64,000 bases of DNA from Candidatus Aminicenantales bacterium. GTDB taxonomy: Bacteria > Acidobacteriota > Aminicenantia > Aminicenantales > UBA4085. The notes under the pieces were generated by a model. The model was not told the DNA's origin, searched no databases, and saw only the letters and a list, made by a program, of their open reading frames with translations. This document shows positions 1 to 9,822 of the stretch, piece after piece. A program made the translations under genes and the position numbers. The stretch lies in contig JBEKTZ010000003.1 of assembly GCA_049515535.1 (NCBI GenBank), positions 62,001 through 126,000 of the forward strand, written 5' to 3'. The stretch's first letter is position 1, and every line of letters begins with the position of its first letter.

Positions 1-1
1 G

Positions 2-1225
2 GCCAAGAACGCCGCCGAAGGGCGAGCGGTCGCCCAGGGCGGGGATCTTGCCGAGGGGGCCAAGCTCGCCGCCTTCACGATCGAGCGGACGTATCTGAAC
101 AGCTACGTCGCCCATTCCGCGATCGAAACGCATACGGCCCTCGTCGATTTCAAAGACGGGAAAGGCACGGCCTGGATCTCCACGCAGGCGCCGTTCCGGG
201 CCAAGGAGGAAGTCGCCCAAGCGCTCGGCGTTCCTTCCCAGAACGTCCACGTCATCATGCCCTTCGTCGGCGGAGGGTTCGGCGGAAAAACGCGGAACAC
301 GCAGGCCGTCCAGGCCGCGCGCCTGGCGAAGATCATCGGCAAGCCGGTCCAGGTCGCCTGGAGCCGCGCCGACGAATTCTTCTACGACACGTTCCGGCCG
401 GCGGCCATCGTGAACATCAAATCCGGCGTTTCGAGCTCCGGCCAGATCGTGTTTTGGGACTACGAGGTCCTGTTCGCCGGCGAACGGAGCTCCGAGCAGT
501 TCTACAACGTTCCCCATCACCGGACGGTCGTCCGGGGCGAGTGGGGCGGCGGAGCCCCGGGCGCTCATCCGTTCGATGTCGGCGCCTGGCGCGGGCCGGG
601 CAGCAACACGAACACGTTCGCCCGGGAAAGCCATATCGACGCCCTGGCGGCCAAGGCGGGCGTCGATCCCGTGGAATTCCGGATGAAGAACCTCAGTGAC
701 AAGAGAATGCAGAGGATCTTGACGGCCGCCGCCGGGAAGTTCGGCTGGGCGCCGGCCAAGTCTCCGAGCGGACGCGGGCTCGGCGTCTCCTGCGCCGATT
801 ACAGTGGAACCTACGTCGCGGCGATCGCCGAAGTCGCGGTGGACAAATCGACCGGGAACGTCCAGGTGAAGCGCGTCGTCTGCGCCCAGGACTCGGGCGT
901 GGCGGTCAACCCCGAAGGCGCGGCCCTTCAGATCGAGGGTTGTGTCATGATGGGGCTGGGCTATACGCTTACCGAGGAGATCCATTTCAAGGGCCGGGAA
1001 ATCCTGGACCTCAATTTCGACACCTATCAGATTCCCCGATTTTCCTGGCTCCCCAAAATCGAGACGGTGCTGGTGGATTCGCCGGAGCTGCCCATCACGG
1101 GAGTCGGAGAGCCGGCCATCACCAACATGGGAGCCGTGGTGGCCAACGCCATATATGACGCGACCGGCGCGCGGCTGCTTCAGCTTCCCATGACGCCGGA
1201 AAGGGTCAAGGCCGGCTTGAAGTAG
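2..1225 (+). CDS. Xanthine dehydrogenase/isoquinoline oxidoreductase-family molybdopterin-binding subunit (5' partial)
   Basis: Frame open from the window edge; motifs VGGGFGGK, WRGPG, QIEG, GVGEP and a LPMTPERV C-terminus typical of Mo-hydroxylase large subunits. Confidence 0.88.
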   Translation, partial: AKNAAEGRAVAQGGDLAEGAKLAAFTIERTYLNSYVAHSAIETHTALVDFKDGKGTAWISTQAPFRAKEEVAQALGVPSQNVHVIMPFVGGGFGGKTRNTQAVQAARLAKIIGKPVQVAWSRADEFFYDTFRPAAIVNIKSGVSSSGQIVFWDYEVLFAGERSSEQFYNVPHHRTVVRGEWGGGAPGAHPFDVGAWRGPGSNTNTFARESHIDALAAKAGVDPVEFRMKNLSDKRMQRILTAAAGKFGWAPAKSPSGRGLGVSCADYSGTYVAAIAEVAVDKSTGNVQVKRVVCAQDSGVAVNPEGAALQIEGCVMMGLGYTLTEEIHFKGREILDLNFDTYQIPRFSWLPKIETVLVDSPELPITGVGEPAITNMGAVVANAIYDATGARLLQLPMTPERVKAGLK

Positions 1226-1237
1226 GATGGCGGCGAA

Positions 1238-1277
1238 GGCCGGCGGCGGCGCGAGCGCCGGCCGGCCAGTTTTTTTT
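1238..1277 (+). terminator. Probable rho-independent terminator
   Basis: GC-rich stem ggccggc...gccggcc followed by a T run, between convergent genes. Confidence 0.6.
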
Positions 1278-2214
1278 ACGGAGTTTTCGCGGGGCTTCTA
1301 AACCAGTTTTCCGTCGTGCCGAATTTCGTCCGGACGGCCGCGCCCCAGATGAGGCCGCTCAGGACAAAGGAGACAAAGAACCCGAGAAAGGGGACGAGAT
1401 CGATAAGGCTGAATAAGAGCAGCCCGAGCAACGCCCCGCCCAGCGGCGAGATCTTTTCCCAGTGGAAAGCCTTGGCCAGGCTCTCCCCGATGAAATAGAA
1501 CAGGGCGACCTTGCCGAACGTCTTGATGATGAAACCGACCATCAGCAGGGCGAGAAGGATCGGGATCCCGATAAGGACGATACAGAGGAAAGCGGCGATG
1601 ATCACGGCAAAAATGAAAAGGAAGAAGGCCAGGAGCCCGATACCGAACGTCGGCCAGAAGGCCGTGCGCAACTGTCCCGCGGCGAGAGTCACCTGTTTGG
1701 AGAACAGGGAGGCGACGAGGATGACGAGCAAAACCCAGATGAAGATGCTGATCAATTTGAAGAGCAGAATGATCGGCAGGAACGAGAACGAGAAAATCCC
1801 TTTCAGGCCTTCGCTGATGATCTTGGCCGAGCCTTTGGAACCCTTGAAATAGAGCGTGTCCTTTTCTACGCGGAAGCCGGGCTCTTTTTCAATGGTGCCG
1901 CCGAAGCCGACCAAATCCCCTTTGATCACGGCCTTCGATTTCAGGATGATGCGGGAGCCGAAGCCGACCACGGAATCGCCGACCTCGCCGTTGATGGTGA
2001 TGGTTCCGCCGAAGGCGAGGACGTTTTTACGGACCGTCCCTTCGACGGTGATATCCCCGCCGAAAGTCACGACGTTGTCGCGCGTCTCTCCCGCCGAAAC
2101 GACGATCGAATCGCCGTAGCTGATCCGGCCTCCGACCTTTTGGGCGGCGATGACGGGCAGCAATCCGGACAGGAAAAGCGCCGCGACGAGCACCGGCATT
2201 TTTTTATTTTTCAT
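1276..2214 (-). CDS. Membrane protein with N-terminal beta-helix (bactofilin/polymer-forming-like) repeats and a C-terminal multi-TM domain
   Basis: Signal peptide MKNKK..; repeated V(V/L)xFGGxIxxxG units; hydrophobic C-terminal half; start taken at ATG 2214. Confidence 0.72.
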   Translation of the reverse strand: MKNKKMPVLVAALFLSGLLPVIAAQKVGGRISYGDSIVVSAGETRDNVVTFGGDITVEGTVRKNVLAFGGTITINGEVGDSVVGFGSRIILKSKAVIKGDLVGFGGTIEKEPGFRVEKDTLYFKGSKGSAKIISEGLKGIFSFSFLPIILLFKLISIFIWVLLVILVASLFSKQVTLAAGQLRTAFWPTFGIGLLAFFLFIFAVIIAAFLCIVLIGIPILLALLMVGFIIKTFGKVALFYFIGESLAKAFHWEKISPLGGALLGLLLFSLIDLVPFLGFFVSFVLSGLIWGAAVRTKFGTTENWFRSPAKTP

Positions 2215-2800
2215 GGTTTCTCTCCGCGGCAAATCGGCGGCTCCACAAATAGCCGCAGGCGATGACGAGGATCATCGTCACGCAGAGGAAGATGATCTGC
2301 GTTTCGGGTCCGATGACGGACGTCAGGGCTTTGAAGATTTCCAGGATGGCTCCGGCGATTTGCCCCAGGATTTTAAAGGTGAGGACGATATATTTGGCGA
2401 GCTTGGCCAGAGTCGTGGCGAAGCCCTGGACGGCGTTCCAAAAGAAACGGTTCAGACCGAGGAAGAGTTGGGAGAGGCTGCGCCTGCTGATCAGCGACAC
2501 GACGGAGATCGTGATGCCGAACGTCGCCAATCCGACGGCGGCGGCCGCCAGCCGGCCGGGGAGCGGGATTTTGGACTTGGCCGCTGCCGGAGAGAGCCGG
2601 TCCATGATGCTTTGGGCGAAATCGGGCGGCACGTCGAACGGCGGAAGCGTTTCCGCGGCCGCAAGGAGATCCTTCCGCGTTTCGAGGGCGTCCCGGCATT
2701 TTTCACAGGCAGCCAGGTGATCCACGAGCGCCGTCTTATCCCGTCCCGCGAGTTCCCCCTCCAGGTAGGCGTACAACTGTTCAACTTTCAGGCAGGTCAT
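2204..2800 (-). CDS. Zinc-binding (zf-HC2/ZAS) transmembrane anti-sigma factor
   Basis: HLAACEKC (HxxxCxxC) motif, TM helices, overlaps the sigma gene by 4 nt. Confidence 0.85.
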   Translation of the reverse strand: MTCLKVEQLYAYLEGELAGRDKTALVDHLAACEKCRDALETRKDLLAAAETLPPFDVPPDFAQSIMDRLSPAAAKSKIPLPGRLAAAAVGLATFGITISVVSLISRRSLSQLFLGLNRFFWNAVQGFATTLAKLAKYIVLTFKILGQIAGAILEIFKALTSVIGPETQIIFLCVTMILVIACGYLWSRRFAAERNHEK

Positions 2801-3369
2801 GGTCGTTCCTCGAGCAACTTTTTCAGAATCTCTTTGGCCTGGAATACGCGATTTTTGACCGTTCCCAAGGGAAGTCCCTTGATCTCCGCCATTTCTTCAT
2901 AGCTGAACCCGTTGACGTGTCGCCAGACGAAGAGCTCGCGGAGCGACGGGGGAAGCTTGTCGATGGCGGCGTCGATCTTGACCCTGAGTTCTTGAAGCTC
3001 GTATTGACGGATCACGGACGGTCCGCTGTCGCGGATCTGAATTTTAGGAAAATCGTCGTCGCTGTCTTGGGACTGGTTGATGGATAGCGCGGAGATCTTC
3101 TTTTTCCGCCAATGGTCGATCATGAAGTTCGAGGCGATCCTGAACAGCCAGGTGCTGAACTTGAATTGGGGCCGATAGGAGCGAAGGGAGGCGTAGACCC
3201 GGAGGAACACTTCCTGGCTGAAATCCAGGGCGAGTTCCCGTTCCCGGACCATGCGTCCGATATAATTGAGGACGGGCTGCTGGTAGCGATGGACGATCAT
3301 TTCGAAAGCGCCTCGATCGCCTTTGAGGGTTCGCCGGACGAGTTCTTGGTCTTCATGCATAGAGGACAC
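2797..3369 (-). CDS. ECF RNA polymerase sigma-70 factor (SigW/RpoE-like)
   Basis: Region 2 FSTWLFRIASN and region 4 SYEEMAE..GTVKNR; start GTG 3369 or ATG 3360. Confidence 0.92.
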   Translation of the reverse strand: MSSMHEDQELVRRTLKGDRGAFEMIVHRYQQPVLNYIGRMVRERELALDFSQEVFLRVYASLRSYRPQFKFSTWLFRIASNFMIDHWRKKKISALSINQSQDSDDDFPKIQIRDSGPSVIRQYELQELRVKIDAAIDKLPPSLRELFVWRHVNGFSYEEMAEIKGLPLGTVKNRVFQAKEILKKLLEERP

Positions 3370-3386
3370 ATCGTCCTCAAGGATTT

Positions 3387-3414
3387 TATACGGGCGCGAC
3401 GGGAAAAAGTTTAT
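3387..3414 (-). promoter_or_regulatory. Putative autoregulatory ECF promoter
   Basis: Minus strand ATAAAC-N16-CGTATA, matching the AAC-N16-CGT ECF pattern, just upstream of the sigma gene. Confidence 0.6.
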
Positions 3415-4070
3415 TTTTTCCGGGGCCCCGCCTCCTCGATGATCTCGCAATCCGGAGGGACTTTGATCTCGAAAAGGTCCTTGGCGAAGCGGAGATTCGT
3501 CTTGAACCGGCTGAAACCGTATTCGATCTTGTTTCTGGCCGAGTCGAAGAGCGCGGCTCGGGTGAGCAGGCCGCTTTTCCGGTCGATTTCGAGCAAAATA
3601 TAGGCGGTTTCTCCCTCCTCCTTGGGCGTCAATTTTATCTGGGCGGAGTTCTTGCCGCCGCCCGGAAACGGGCTGTCCTCGATGACGTATTTTTCAGAGA
3701 GATGGGCTTTTCCGGCGAGAAGTCCCGGGAATCCCGATTCGTATTGTTCCGCTGAGATTTTTTGTCGCCAGAGCTGATGGTCTTCGGGATAATAGGATAA
3801 GGACATCCCGTCCGCATAAACGAAGGTCGAGGGTTCGGGCGCCGCGTATTCCCAGCGCATGCGGTCCGGCTTCTGGAAATAAATCTTTCCTTTCTGTTTG
3901 AGGGGGGCCACGACCGACGTCGAATAGCTGGCCTGTTCGAAATCGGCCTGGAAAGAATCGAGCGACTGTAACGTTTTTTCCAGCCTGGCGATGACGGCCT
4001 GCGGACTTTGCTGGGCGGCGAGAAGACCGAGGACGGCCAGAATGCCGAAAACAAAACCGATGCGCTTCAT
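3411..4070 (-). CDS. lolA: Outer-membrane lipoprotein carrier LolA
   Basis: Signal peptide; ADFEQ, G.IYFQKPDRMRWEY; start at ATG 4070. Confidence 0.85.
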   Translation of the reverse strand: MKRIGFVFGILAVLGLLAAQQSPQAVIARLEKTLQSLDSFQADFEQASYSTSVVAPLKQKGKIYFQKPDRMRWEYAAPEPSTFVYADGMSLSYYPEDHQLWRQKISAEQYESGFPGLLAGKAHLSEKYVIEDSPFPGGGKNSAQIKLTPKEEGETAYILLEIDRKSGLLTRAALFDSARNKIEYGFSRFKTNLRFAKDLFEIKVPPDCEIIEEAGPRKK

Positions 4071-4202
4071 TCTCCGCGAATTATAACATAACGAAAAACC
4101 GAGGGCACATCCCTTTTTTCGAAGAGACGCCCCGCGGCCTTTTCTTGGCCGGCAAAACTCGATCTGTCCCACCTCCTTTGCCTTTTGATATAATCCCCCC
4201 GC

Positions 4203-5609
4203 ATGAAACCGGAATTCATCTTCTTCGCGGCGGCGTATTTCGCCGTCATCCTCCTGGCCGGTCTGGCTTTTTCCCGGCGGATGAAGAATCTTGACGATTT
4301 TTTTCTGGCCTCCCGGAAGCTGCCCGCGGGCCTCATCTATCTTTCGCTCACGGCCGCCTGGTTCGGAGCGACGTCCATCCTCGTTTCGACGGATGAGGCG
4401 CTGAGGACGGGAGTGAGCGCCTTTTGGATCGTGGGACTCCCGGCCGTCGCCACGGTCCTGATTTTAGCGATATTTCTGGCCGGGCCGCTGCATCGTCTGC
4501 CGGTCATGACCATCCCCGACCTGGTCGAGCTCCGGTACGGCCGGACCGTGCGCCACCTCTCTTCCCTCCTGATCATCTGGTATCTGGTCATGCTCGCGGC
4601 TTCTCAGATGGTGGCTCTCGGCCAGTTCCTGAAGATGTTTCTCGGCCTTTCCTATGGGGTCAGCCTGGGGCTCGGAACGGCCGTCGTCCTCATCTATTCG
4701 ATGACCGGCGGACTCCGCTCGGTCGTTTTCACGGACGTCGTCCAGTTCCTTCTATTGGTCAGCGGAACTGTCGGACTGGCCGTCTGGCTGGCTGTCCGCG
4801 AGCCGTGGCCGGAACTCTCCCGGATCGTCACGGGAAGAGCGGGGTATTTCGATTTTTTTCACGGCATCAAAGAAAACGCCTTGATCGCCTTTTCCTTCAC
4901 CCTGGCCTGGACGATCTCCCCGATCGCGATCCAAAGGATCCTGGCCGGACGCGACATCCGGGCCGCGAGAAGAGGACTGTCGGCCACGGCCGGGACCCTG
5001 TTTCTGCTTTATGGATGCGTTGTCGAGATCGGAATCCTTTCGCTCCCGCTCTTTTCCGGTCGGACGCTCTCCGGCCCGCTCGTCTCGGAAATCATCGCCG
5101 CGAAAGCCGGGCCCTGGTTGGGCGGATTCCTTTTTGTCGCCGTCCTGGCCGCGGTCCTCTCGACCATGGACACGGCCGTCAATACGGGCGCGCTGTCTTT
5201 GACCAACGACGCTTATTTTCAGCTCTTCCCCGCTTCCCGTTTGGGAGCGGTCCCGGCCGGCCGTCTCGCGACGCTGGCCGTGGGGATATCGGCCTTTTTG
5301 ATCGCGACCCGCTTTCAGAGCATCCTGAAGACCATCGGGCTGTCCTCCGAGATCATGGCCGAGGGATTTTTCGTTCCGGGCATCGCCATGATTTTCATGA
5401 AGAAACGCGTCCCCTTGGCCGGTTTGTTGAGCCTTTGTCTGGGCGGCGGGTTCTCGGTCCTGAGTTTTTTGGGGTCCGTGGCAATTCTGCCGGTCGGCCT
5501 GCCCGTCTGGCCTTATTCAATCCCTTGGGGACTTTCGCTCGGAATTTTCGGATTCTGCGCCGGCCTGGCGCTCGAGAAAATCCGCGGACGCGGATCGAAG
5601 GCATCGTGA
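4203..5609 (+). CDS. Sodium:solute symporter family protein
   Basis: DFFLASR, GGLRSVVFTDVVQF, AAVLSTMD motifs; many TM helices. Confidence 0.92.
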   Translation: MKPEFIFFAAAYFAVILLAGLAFSRRMKNLDDFFLASRKLPAGLIYLSLTAAWFGATSILVSTDEALRTGVSAFWIVGLPAVATVLILAIFLAGPLHRLPVMTIPDLVELRYGRTVRHLSSLLIIWYLVMLAASQMVALGQFLKMFLGLSYGVSLGLGTAVVLIYSMTGGLRSVVFTDVVQFLLLVSGTVGLAVWLAVREPWPELSRIVTGRAGYFDFFHGIKENALIAFSFTLAWTISPIAIQRILAGRDIRAARRGLSATAGTLFLLYGCVVEIGILSLPLFSGRTLSGPLVSEIIAAKAGPWLGGFLFVAVLAAVLSTMDTAVNTGALSLTNDAYFQLFPASRLGAVPAGRLATLAVGISAFLIATRFQSILKTIGLSSEIMAEGFFVPGIAMIFMKKRVPLAGLLSLCLGGGFSVLSFLGSVAILPVGLPVWPYSIPWGLSLGIFGFCAGLALEKIRGRGSKAS

Positions 5610-5686
5610 ACAAGAAGAGCCCGCTCGGACGGAAGGACGCCGGCGTTTGTAGATTTTAAGAGTTTACGGCGGCTTCTTTTTCGGCT

Positions 5687-6361
5687 ATGCTTTTGAAGAT
5701 GGACGTCAAGGCACGCTTGCGCCGGCGGTTGACCGGAATCTTCGGGAAACCGCTGATGGGACTCTGGTTCAAATCCTGCCGGACGGCTCTCTCCGGCGAG
5801 GACGGCTACCGGAAATTGCGCGAGGCGGGGAGGCCCGTCATCCATTTGATCTGGCACGGCAAAATCTTCATGGTCCCTTATTTTTTCCGCCGCCGGAACA
5901 TCATGCCCCTGGTCAGCCCCTCACGGGACGGAGAGATCGCCGCGCAGATCATGGAGCGGTGGGGATACAAACTCCTTCGGGGTTCGGGGACACATTTCAT
6001 GAAAAGCGCCTGGCTGGAAATGAAGAGGGAACTCGAAGCCGGAGGCGAAGTCATCATCGTTCCCGACGGCCCGCGCGGCCCCGACCGCGTTCTCAAGATG
6101 GGCTGCATCAAGCTGGCGGCGGAGACGGGCGCGGTCCTTTTGCCGTTCTCTTTCTCGGCGTCGAAGAAAAAGATCTTGAAAAGCTGGGACCGCTTCCTGA
6201 TGTTTTATCCGCTCTCCCGGGTCGTGACGATTTACGGCCCTCCGATCGAGATTCCCTCCGGCTTGACGGCTGAAGGGATGGAGCGCGAGCGGTTGCGCGT
6301 GGAGCGGATCATGATCGAGTTCGATCGGGAGACGGACCGCTTTTTCGAGCGGAAGAAATAG
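5687..6361 (+). CDS. DUF374/lysophospholipid acyltransferase-family protein
   Basis: WHG, SPSRDGE, RGS and PDGPRGP, SWDRF motifs. Confidence 0.85.
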   Translation: MLLKMDVKARLRRRLTGIFGKPLMGLWFKSCRTALSGEDGYRKLREAGRPVIHLIWHGKIFMVPYFFRRRNIMPLVSPSRDGEIAAQIMERWGYKLLRGSGTHFMKSAWLEMKRELEAGGEVIIVPDGPRGPDRVLKMGCIKLAAETGAVLLPFSFSASKKKILKSWDRFLMFYPLSRVVTIYGPPIEIPSGLTAEGMERERLRVERIMIEFDRETDRFFERKK

Positions 6362-6364
6362 ATG

Positions 6365-6739
6365 TCATTTCCCCGCGGGGGAGCGCTGGAAAAGAGGCAG
6401 GGTTTCTTTATTCAGCAAAATGACGATGGAATAGATCCCCAGCGCCGTTCCGAGCGGAATGTTGAGGAGGCTCAGGAAGGAAACGGCGAGGACCATGATC
6501 CGCCCCCATTCGCGGCCTTTCAACAAACCGATGCCGCCGATGATCTTTGGAATGCCGAGAAGGGCTAAAAAGCCGCCGACGGCGATTCCCACGATTCTCA
6601 ATATGCCGGCCTCTTCGGCTCCCACATCCGGGATGAACGACACCCCGAATAAAATCAGATAGAGAAACAGCGCCGCGATCAGGCTGAGACAGCCGAAGAC
6701 GATCCAGAGAATGCCGATGATTTTCACGTGATCTTGCAT
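6365..6739 (-). CDS. Small multi-TM hypothetical membrane protein
   Basis: RBS GAGGAGG; hydrophobic 124 aa with IPLGTALGIY. Confidence 0.75.
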   Translation of the reverse strand: MQDHVKIIGILWIVFGCLSLIAALFLYLILFGVSFIPDVGAEEAGILRIVGIAVGGFLALLGIPKIIGGIGLLKGREWGRIMVLAVSFLSLLNIPLGTALGIYSIVILLNKETLPLFQRSPAGK

Positions 6740-6859
6740 GGCCGGGACCTCCTCGTCCTATTCTTGATATTCATTGAGTACGAAAATAGCGGGATTAAGT
6801 TTATGATAGGAATGGTCCTGATGACGCGCTTCGAGTCATTCATTCCCCGTCTCCCCCGC

Positions 6860-7425
6860 GCGCTGACCGTCGAACACTCATAATCTCCCCGTCGGGGGAC
6901 GCTCAGGATACGCTGCTCGTCACCACGCGGATTTTCCCACTCGCGCCCTTGGAGGGGAAGACCCCTTCCAACGGTCGCTCCGCTCCCTGCCTCCCCTTCT
7001 CGCCCTATGCTCCGCATAGGACTGCGACCGAAGGGGGCATGCCCCCTTGGAGTCCCCGAGGATTTGGGCCAGAGCACAAATCCTCAAATCCGCTCGGCCT
7101 CGCTCTCGAGCTCTCGGAAAAACTGCGTTTTTCCGAACCATGCCCGCTCTCGCTCTCGGATGGGTTCCGAGCAGCATATCCTTTGCTTCGGTGAGATAAG
7201 AAATAAAGCGGAGAGAACGGGTGACGCCGACCGGGGCGCCTCATTTTATAAATAGGATCTGGCCGCAAAATTGTGTTCACGAGATGCTCCAGGGAAGGGA
7301 GGCAGGGAGCGAAGCTCCCGTTGGAGGGAAACCCCAAAAAGGGTTTTCCTCCAAGAGTGCCCGGCAGGACCCGTTCTCCCCGCCACCCGTATCCCACTTC
7401 GATAAATGGTGTTCGACGGTCAGTC
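6860..7425. repeat. Hairpin-rich intergenic element with ~140-bp imperfect inverted arms
   Basis: ctgaccgtcgaacac (6863-6877) recurs inverted at ~7409-7423; 6945-7000 resembles the reverse complement of 7291-7358; about 8 stem-loops. Confidence 0.7.
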
Positions 7426-7508
7426 CCGCCCTCCACCCGCCCTCCATCTCTTGACTTTTCAGGCGAAAACCAATAAAAATGAACAATCCTAATCAATAGG
7501 AGGGAAAA

Positions 7509-8303
7509 ATGAAACGGCGATATATCCGCATTTTGGGACTTTTTATCCTGCTCTTCGGCGCGGCGGCGTTCACTTTTGCCCAGACGGCCGATGAACGCGT
7601 CAAGAAAGGCGATGAATATTACGCCCAGATGAGCGACCAGCAGGCGCTCGATGAATACCTGGCCGCGGCCCAAGCCGATCCGAAAAATTATGAAGCGGCC
7701 TGGAAGGCGTGCCGGTCGCTCATCGACGTCGGCGATCTGGTCGATGTCAAAATTAAAGGGAATGACCAGAAGCAGAAGAAATATTATCAGGACGCCGCGG
7801 CCTTCGCCCGCAAAGCCATTGTCCTCAATGACAAAGACACCTGGTGTCATTTCTATCTCTCCGCGTCGCTCGGAAAATACGCCCTGCTTCTCGGCAAAAA
7901 AGATCAAATAGCGATGGCCAAGCAAGTCAAGACGGAGATAGAAAAAGCCATCGAGCTCGATCCCACGAACGATCTGGCCTATCATGCGCTGGGCCGCTGG
8001 CATCGCCGGATGGCGGAAATCGGCGGAGCTTCGCGATTGTTCGGCAGTATCCTTTTCGGCAGCATCCCGAAGGGGTCTTTCGAAGAATCCGAAAAGGCCT
8101 TGAAGAAAGCCTCCGAGATGAAGCCCGATTACATCAATCACCATATCGAGCTCGCCCGGACCTACATGGCCCTCGAAAAATACGACCTCGCCGCCCAGGA
8201 ATATCAGAAGTGCCTCGACTTGAACATCTCCCTGACAAAAGACAACGTCTACAAGGAAGAAGCTAAAAAGGAACTGGCCGAGGCGAAAAAGAAAATAAAA
8301 TAG
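7509..8303 (+). CDS. Secreted TPR protein, RMDN/regulator-of-microtubule-dynamics-like
   Basis: Signal peptide; TPR-like helices; HALGRWH and LFGSIPKGSFEE segments. Confidence 0.7.
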   Translation: MKRRYIRILGLFILLFGAAAFTFAQTADERVKKGDEYYAQMSDQQALDEYLAAAQADPKNYEAAWKACRSLIDVGDLVDVKIKGNDQKQKKYYQDAAAFARKAIVLNDKDTWCHFYLSASLGKYALLLGKKDQIAMAKQVKTEIEKAIELDPTNDLAYHALGRWHRRMAEIGGASRLFGSILFGSIPKGSFEESEKALKKASEMKPDYINHHIELARTYMALEKYDLAAQEYQKCLDLNISLTKDNVYKEEAKKELAEAKKKIK

Positions 8304-8321
8304 CCGGCCGGAGGGGGATTT

Positions 8322-9806
8322 TTATTTATGGAGGATGGGTGATGCCGCGGCATAAGCAAGGGCCGCCGGCGCATTGACGATTCCCCAGCCGAAGTCGTTG
8401 TTCGGCGCGGTCGCGTTGCTCGCGGTGTTCATCAAAGCCGCCCGGACCTGGCGGGGCGTCCAGTCGCGATGCGCCTCCAGGAGGAGAGCCGCCACGCCCG
8501 CGACGAGAGGCGTCGCGTAAGACGTTCCCGATCCTCTCGCGTAGAAATCGCTTCCGTCATTGCGGTTTTTCGCGACCCAATCGTTGACGCCCAAGGCGCA
8601 GACTTCCGGCTTGATCCGGCCGTCGGACGTGGGGCCGGGCGAGCTGAAAGATGAGATCTGGTTCGAAGAGTCCACGGCCCCGACGGCGATGACATCGTAC
8701 CCGTCGGCCGGCGCGATGATATGGCCCCAGGAATTCCCGCGTTCGTTGCCGGCGGCGTTGACCACCACCACGCCAAGGCTCGTGGCGCGGTTGGCGGCCT
8801 TCGTCGTGACCGCCGTTTTTCCATCCATGTCCTTGAATTGATACCAGTCCGTGTATCCGAGAGAGGAGGACACGACTTCCGCGCCCAGGGATTCGGCCCA
8901 CTCGATGCCGGCCGCCCAAAAATCCTCTTCGATGGGCGTTTCCGAGCGGTCGTCCTCCGTCTTGGCCAGGATGAAATCGGCGCCGAAAGCGGGCCCGACC
9001 ATCTGCCCGAATTGAAAGCCGCCCAAGAGCGACCAGGTGGCCGTCCCGTGAGCGTCGGAATAGTCGTTCGAATCGGCGGTGTTTTGCTGGACGTCGCCGT
9101 CGCCGAAGACGAAATCCCATTCCGCGACGCGATGGGCCAGATGAAAGACCTCGTGGCTCTTGCGGAATCCGACATCCAAAATGCAGACAAGCACGCCGCG
9201 GCCGCTGAGCCCCTGACGCTGGAGTTGAGGGACGCCGATCTGGTTGAGCTGGGTATAAGCCGATCCATAAATGGGGTTGAGCGGCGCTGACGCTTGAATT
9301 CCTTCAGCGCCGGGAGAGTCAATAGATTCCCCTCGTTTAAAACCTCGGACGATGTTGAGGCCGGCGACGCAATCAAGAGCGGCCAGGTCCGGGATCCGGT
9401 CGGGAACGATTTCGACGCTCACGGCGTTCAACCACCGGGAAATCGTCCGGATCCTCGGGACAAGCGTCCGGACCTTTTCCGTGTAGAATGAATCGAGCGG
9501 AAGGTCCTCGTAATCGACCAGACTGTCCGGTGTCCGGATCTTCGACCTCCTCCACTGGCATCGGACGCCGAGGGTTTGACGGGTTTCGGCTAGGGCTCTT
9601 TGGAGGCCGGCCTCATTCTGTTCGCCTTTATCCCGAAAATAAACCCAGACATGGAGCGGGCTTCCGGCTGTCCGGACCTCGGTCATGGCTGTCCGGAGTC
9701 CCGCGAATATCTTGGTCTGCGGATCGGGCTTCAACGGCATTCGCGCTTGGAAGAGGAGGATGAGACCGAGACCGAATAAGAATCCTATCCGCTTGCGGTT
9801 TGTCAT
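8322..9806 (-). CDS. Secreted S8 (subtilisin-like) serine peptidase
   Basis: Catalytic triad ILDVG, AHGT, GTSYATP; AAGN oxyanion motif. Confidence 0.93.
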   Translation of the reverse strand: MTNRKRIGFLFGLGLILLFQARMPLKPDPQTKIFAGLRTAMTEVRTAGSPLHVWVYFRDKGEQNEAGLQRALAETRQTLGVRCQWRRSKIRTPDSLVDYEDLPLDSFYTEKVRTLVPRIRTISRWLNAVSVEIVPDRIPDLAALDCVAGLNIVRGFKRGESIDSPGAEGIQASAPLNPIYGSAYTQLNQIGVPQLQRQGLSGRGVLVCILDVGFRKSHEVFHLAHRVAEWDFVFGDGDVQQNTADSNDYSDAHGTATWSLLGGFQFGQMVGPAFGADFILAKTEDDRSETPIEEDFWAAGIEWAESLGAEVVSSSLGYTDWYQFKDMDGKTAVTTKAANRATSLGVVVVNAAGNERGNSWGHIIAPADGYDVIAVGAVDSSNQISSFSSPGPTSDGRIKPEVCALGVNDWVAKNRNDGSDFYARGSGTSYATPLVAGVAALLLEAHRDWTPRQVRAALMNTASNATAPNNDFGWGIVNAPAALAYAAASPILHK

Positions 9807-9822
9807 GAGATTCTCCCTTGAG

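Noticed and set aside
6860..7425. CRISPR array or integron attC array
   Set aside because: No regularly spaced identical repeats, no cas or intI gene, no cassette ORFs
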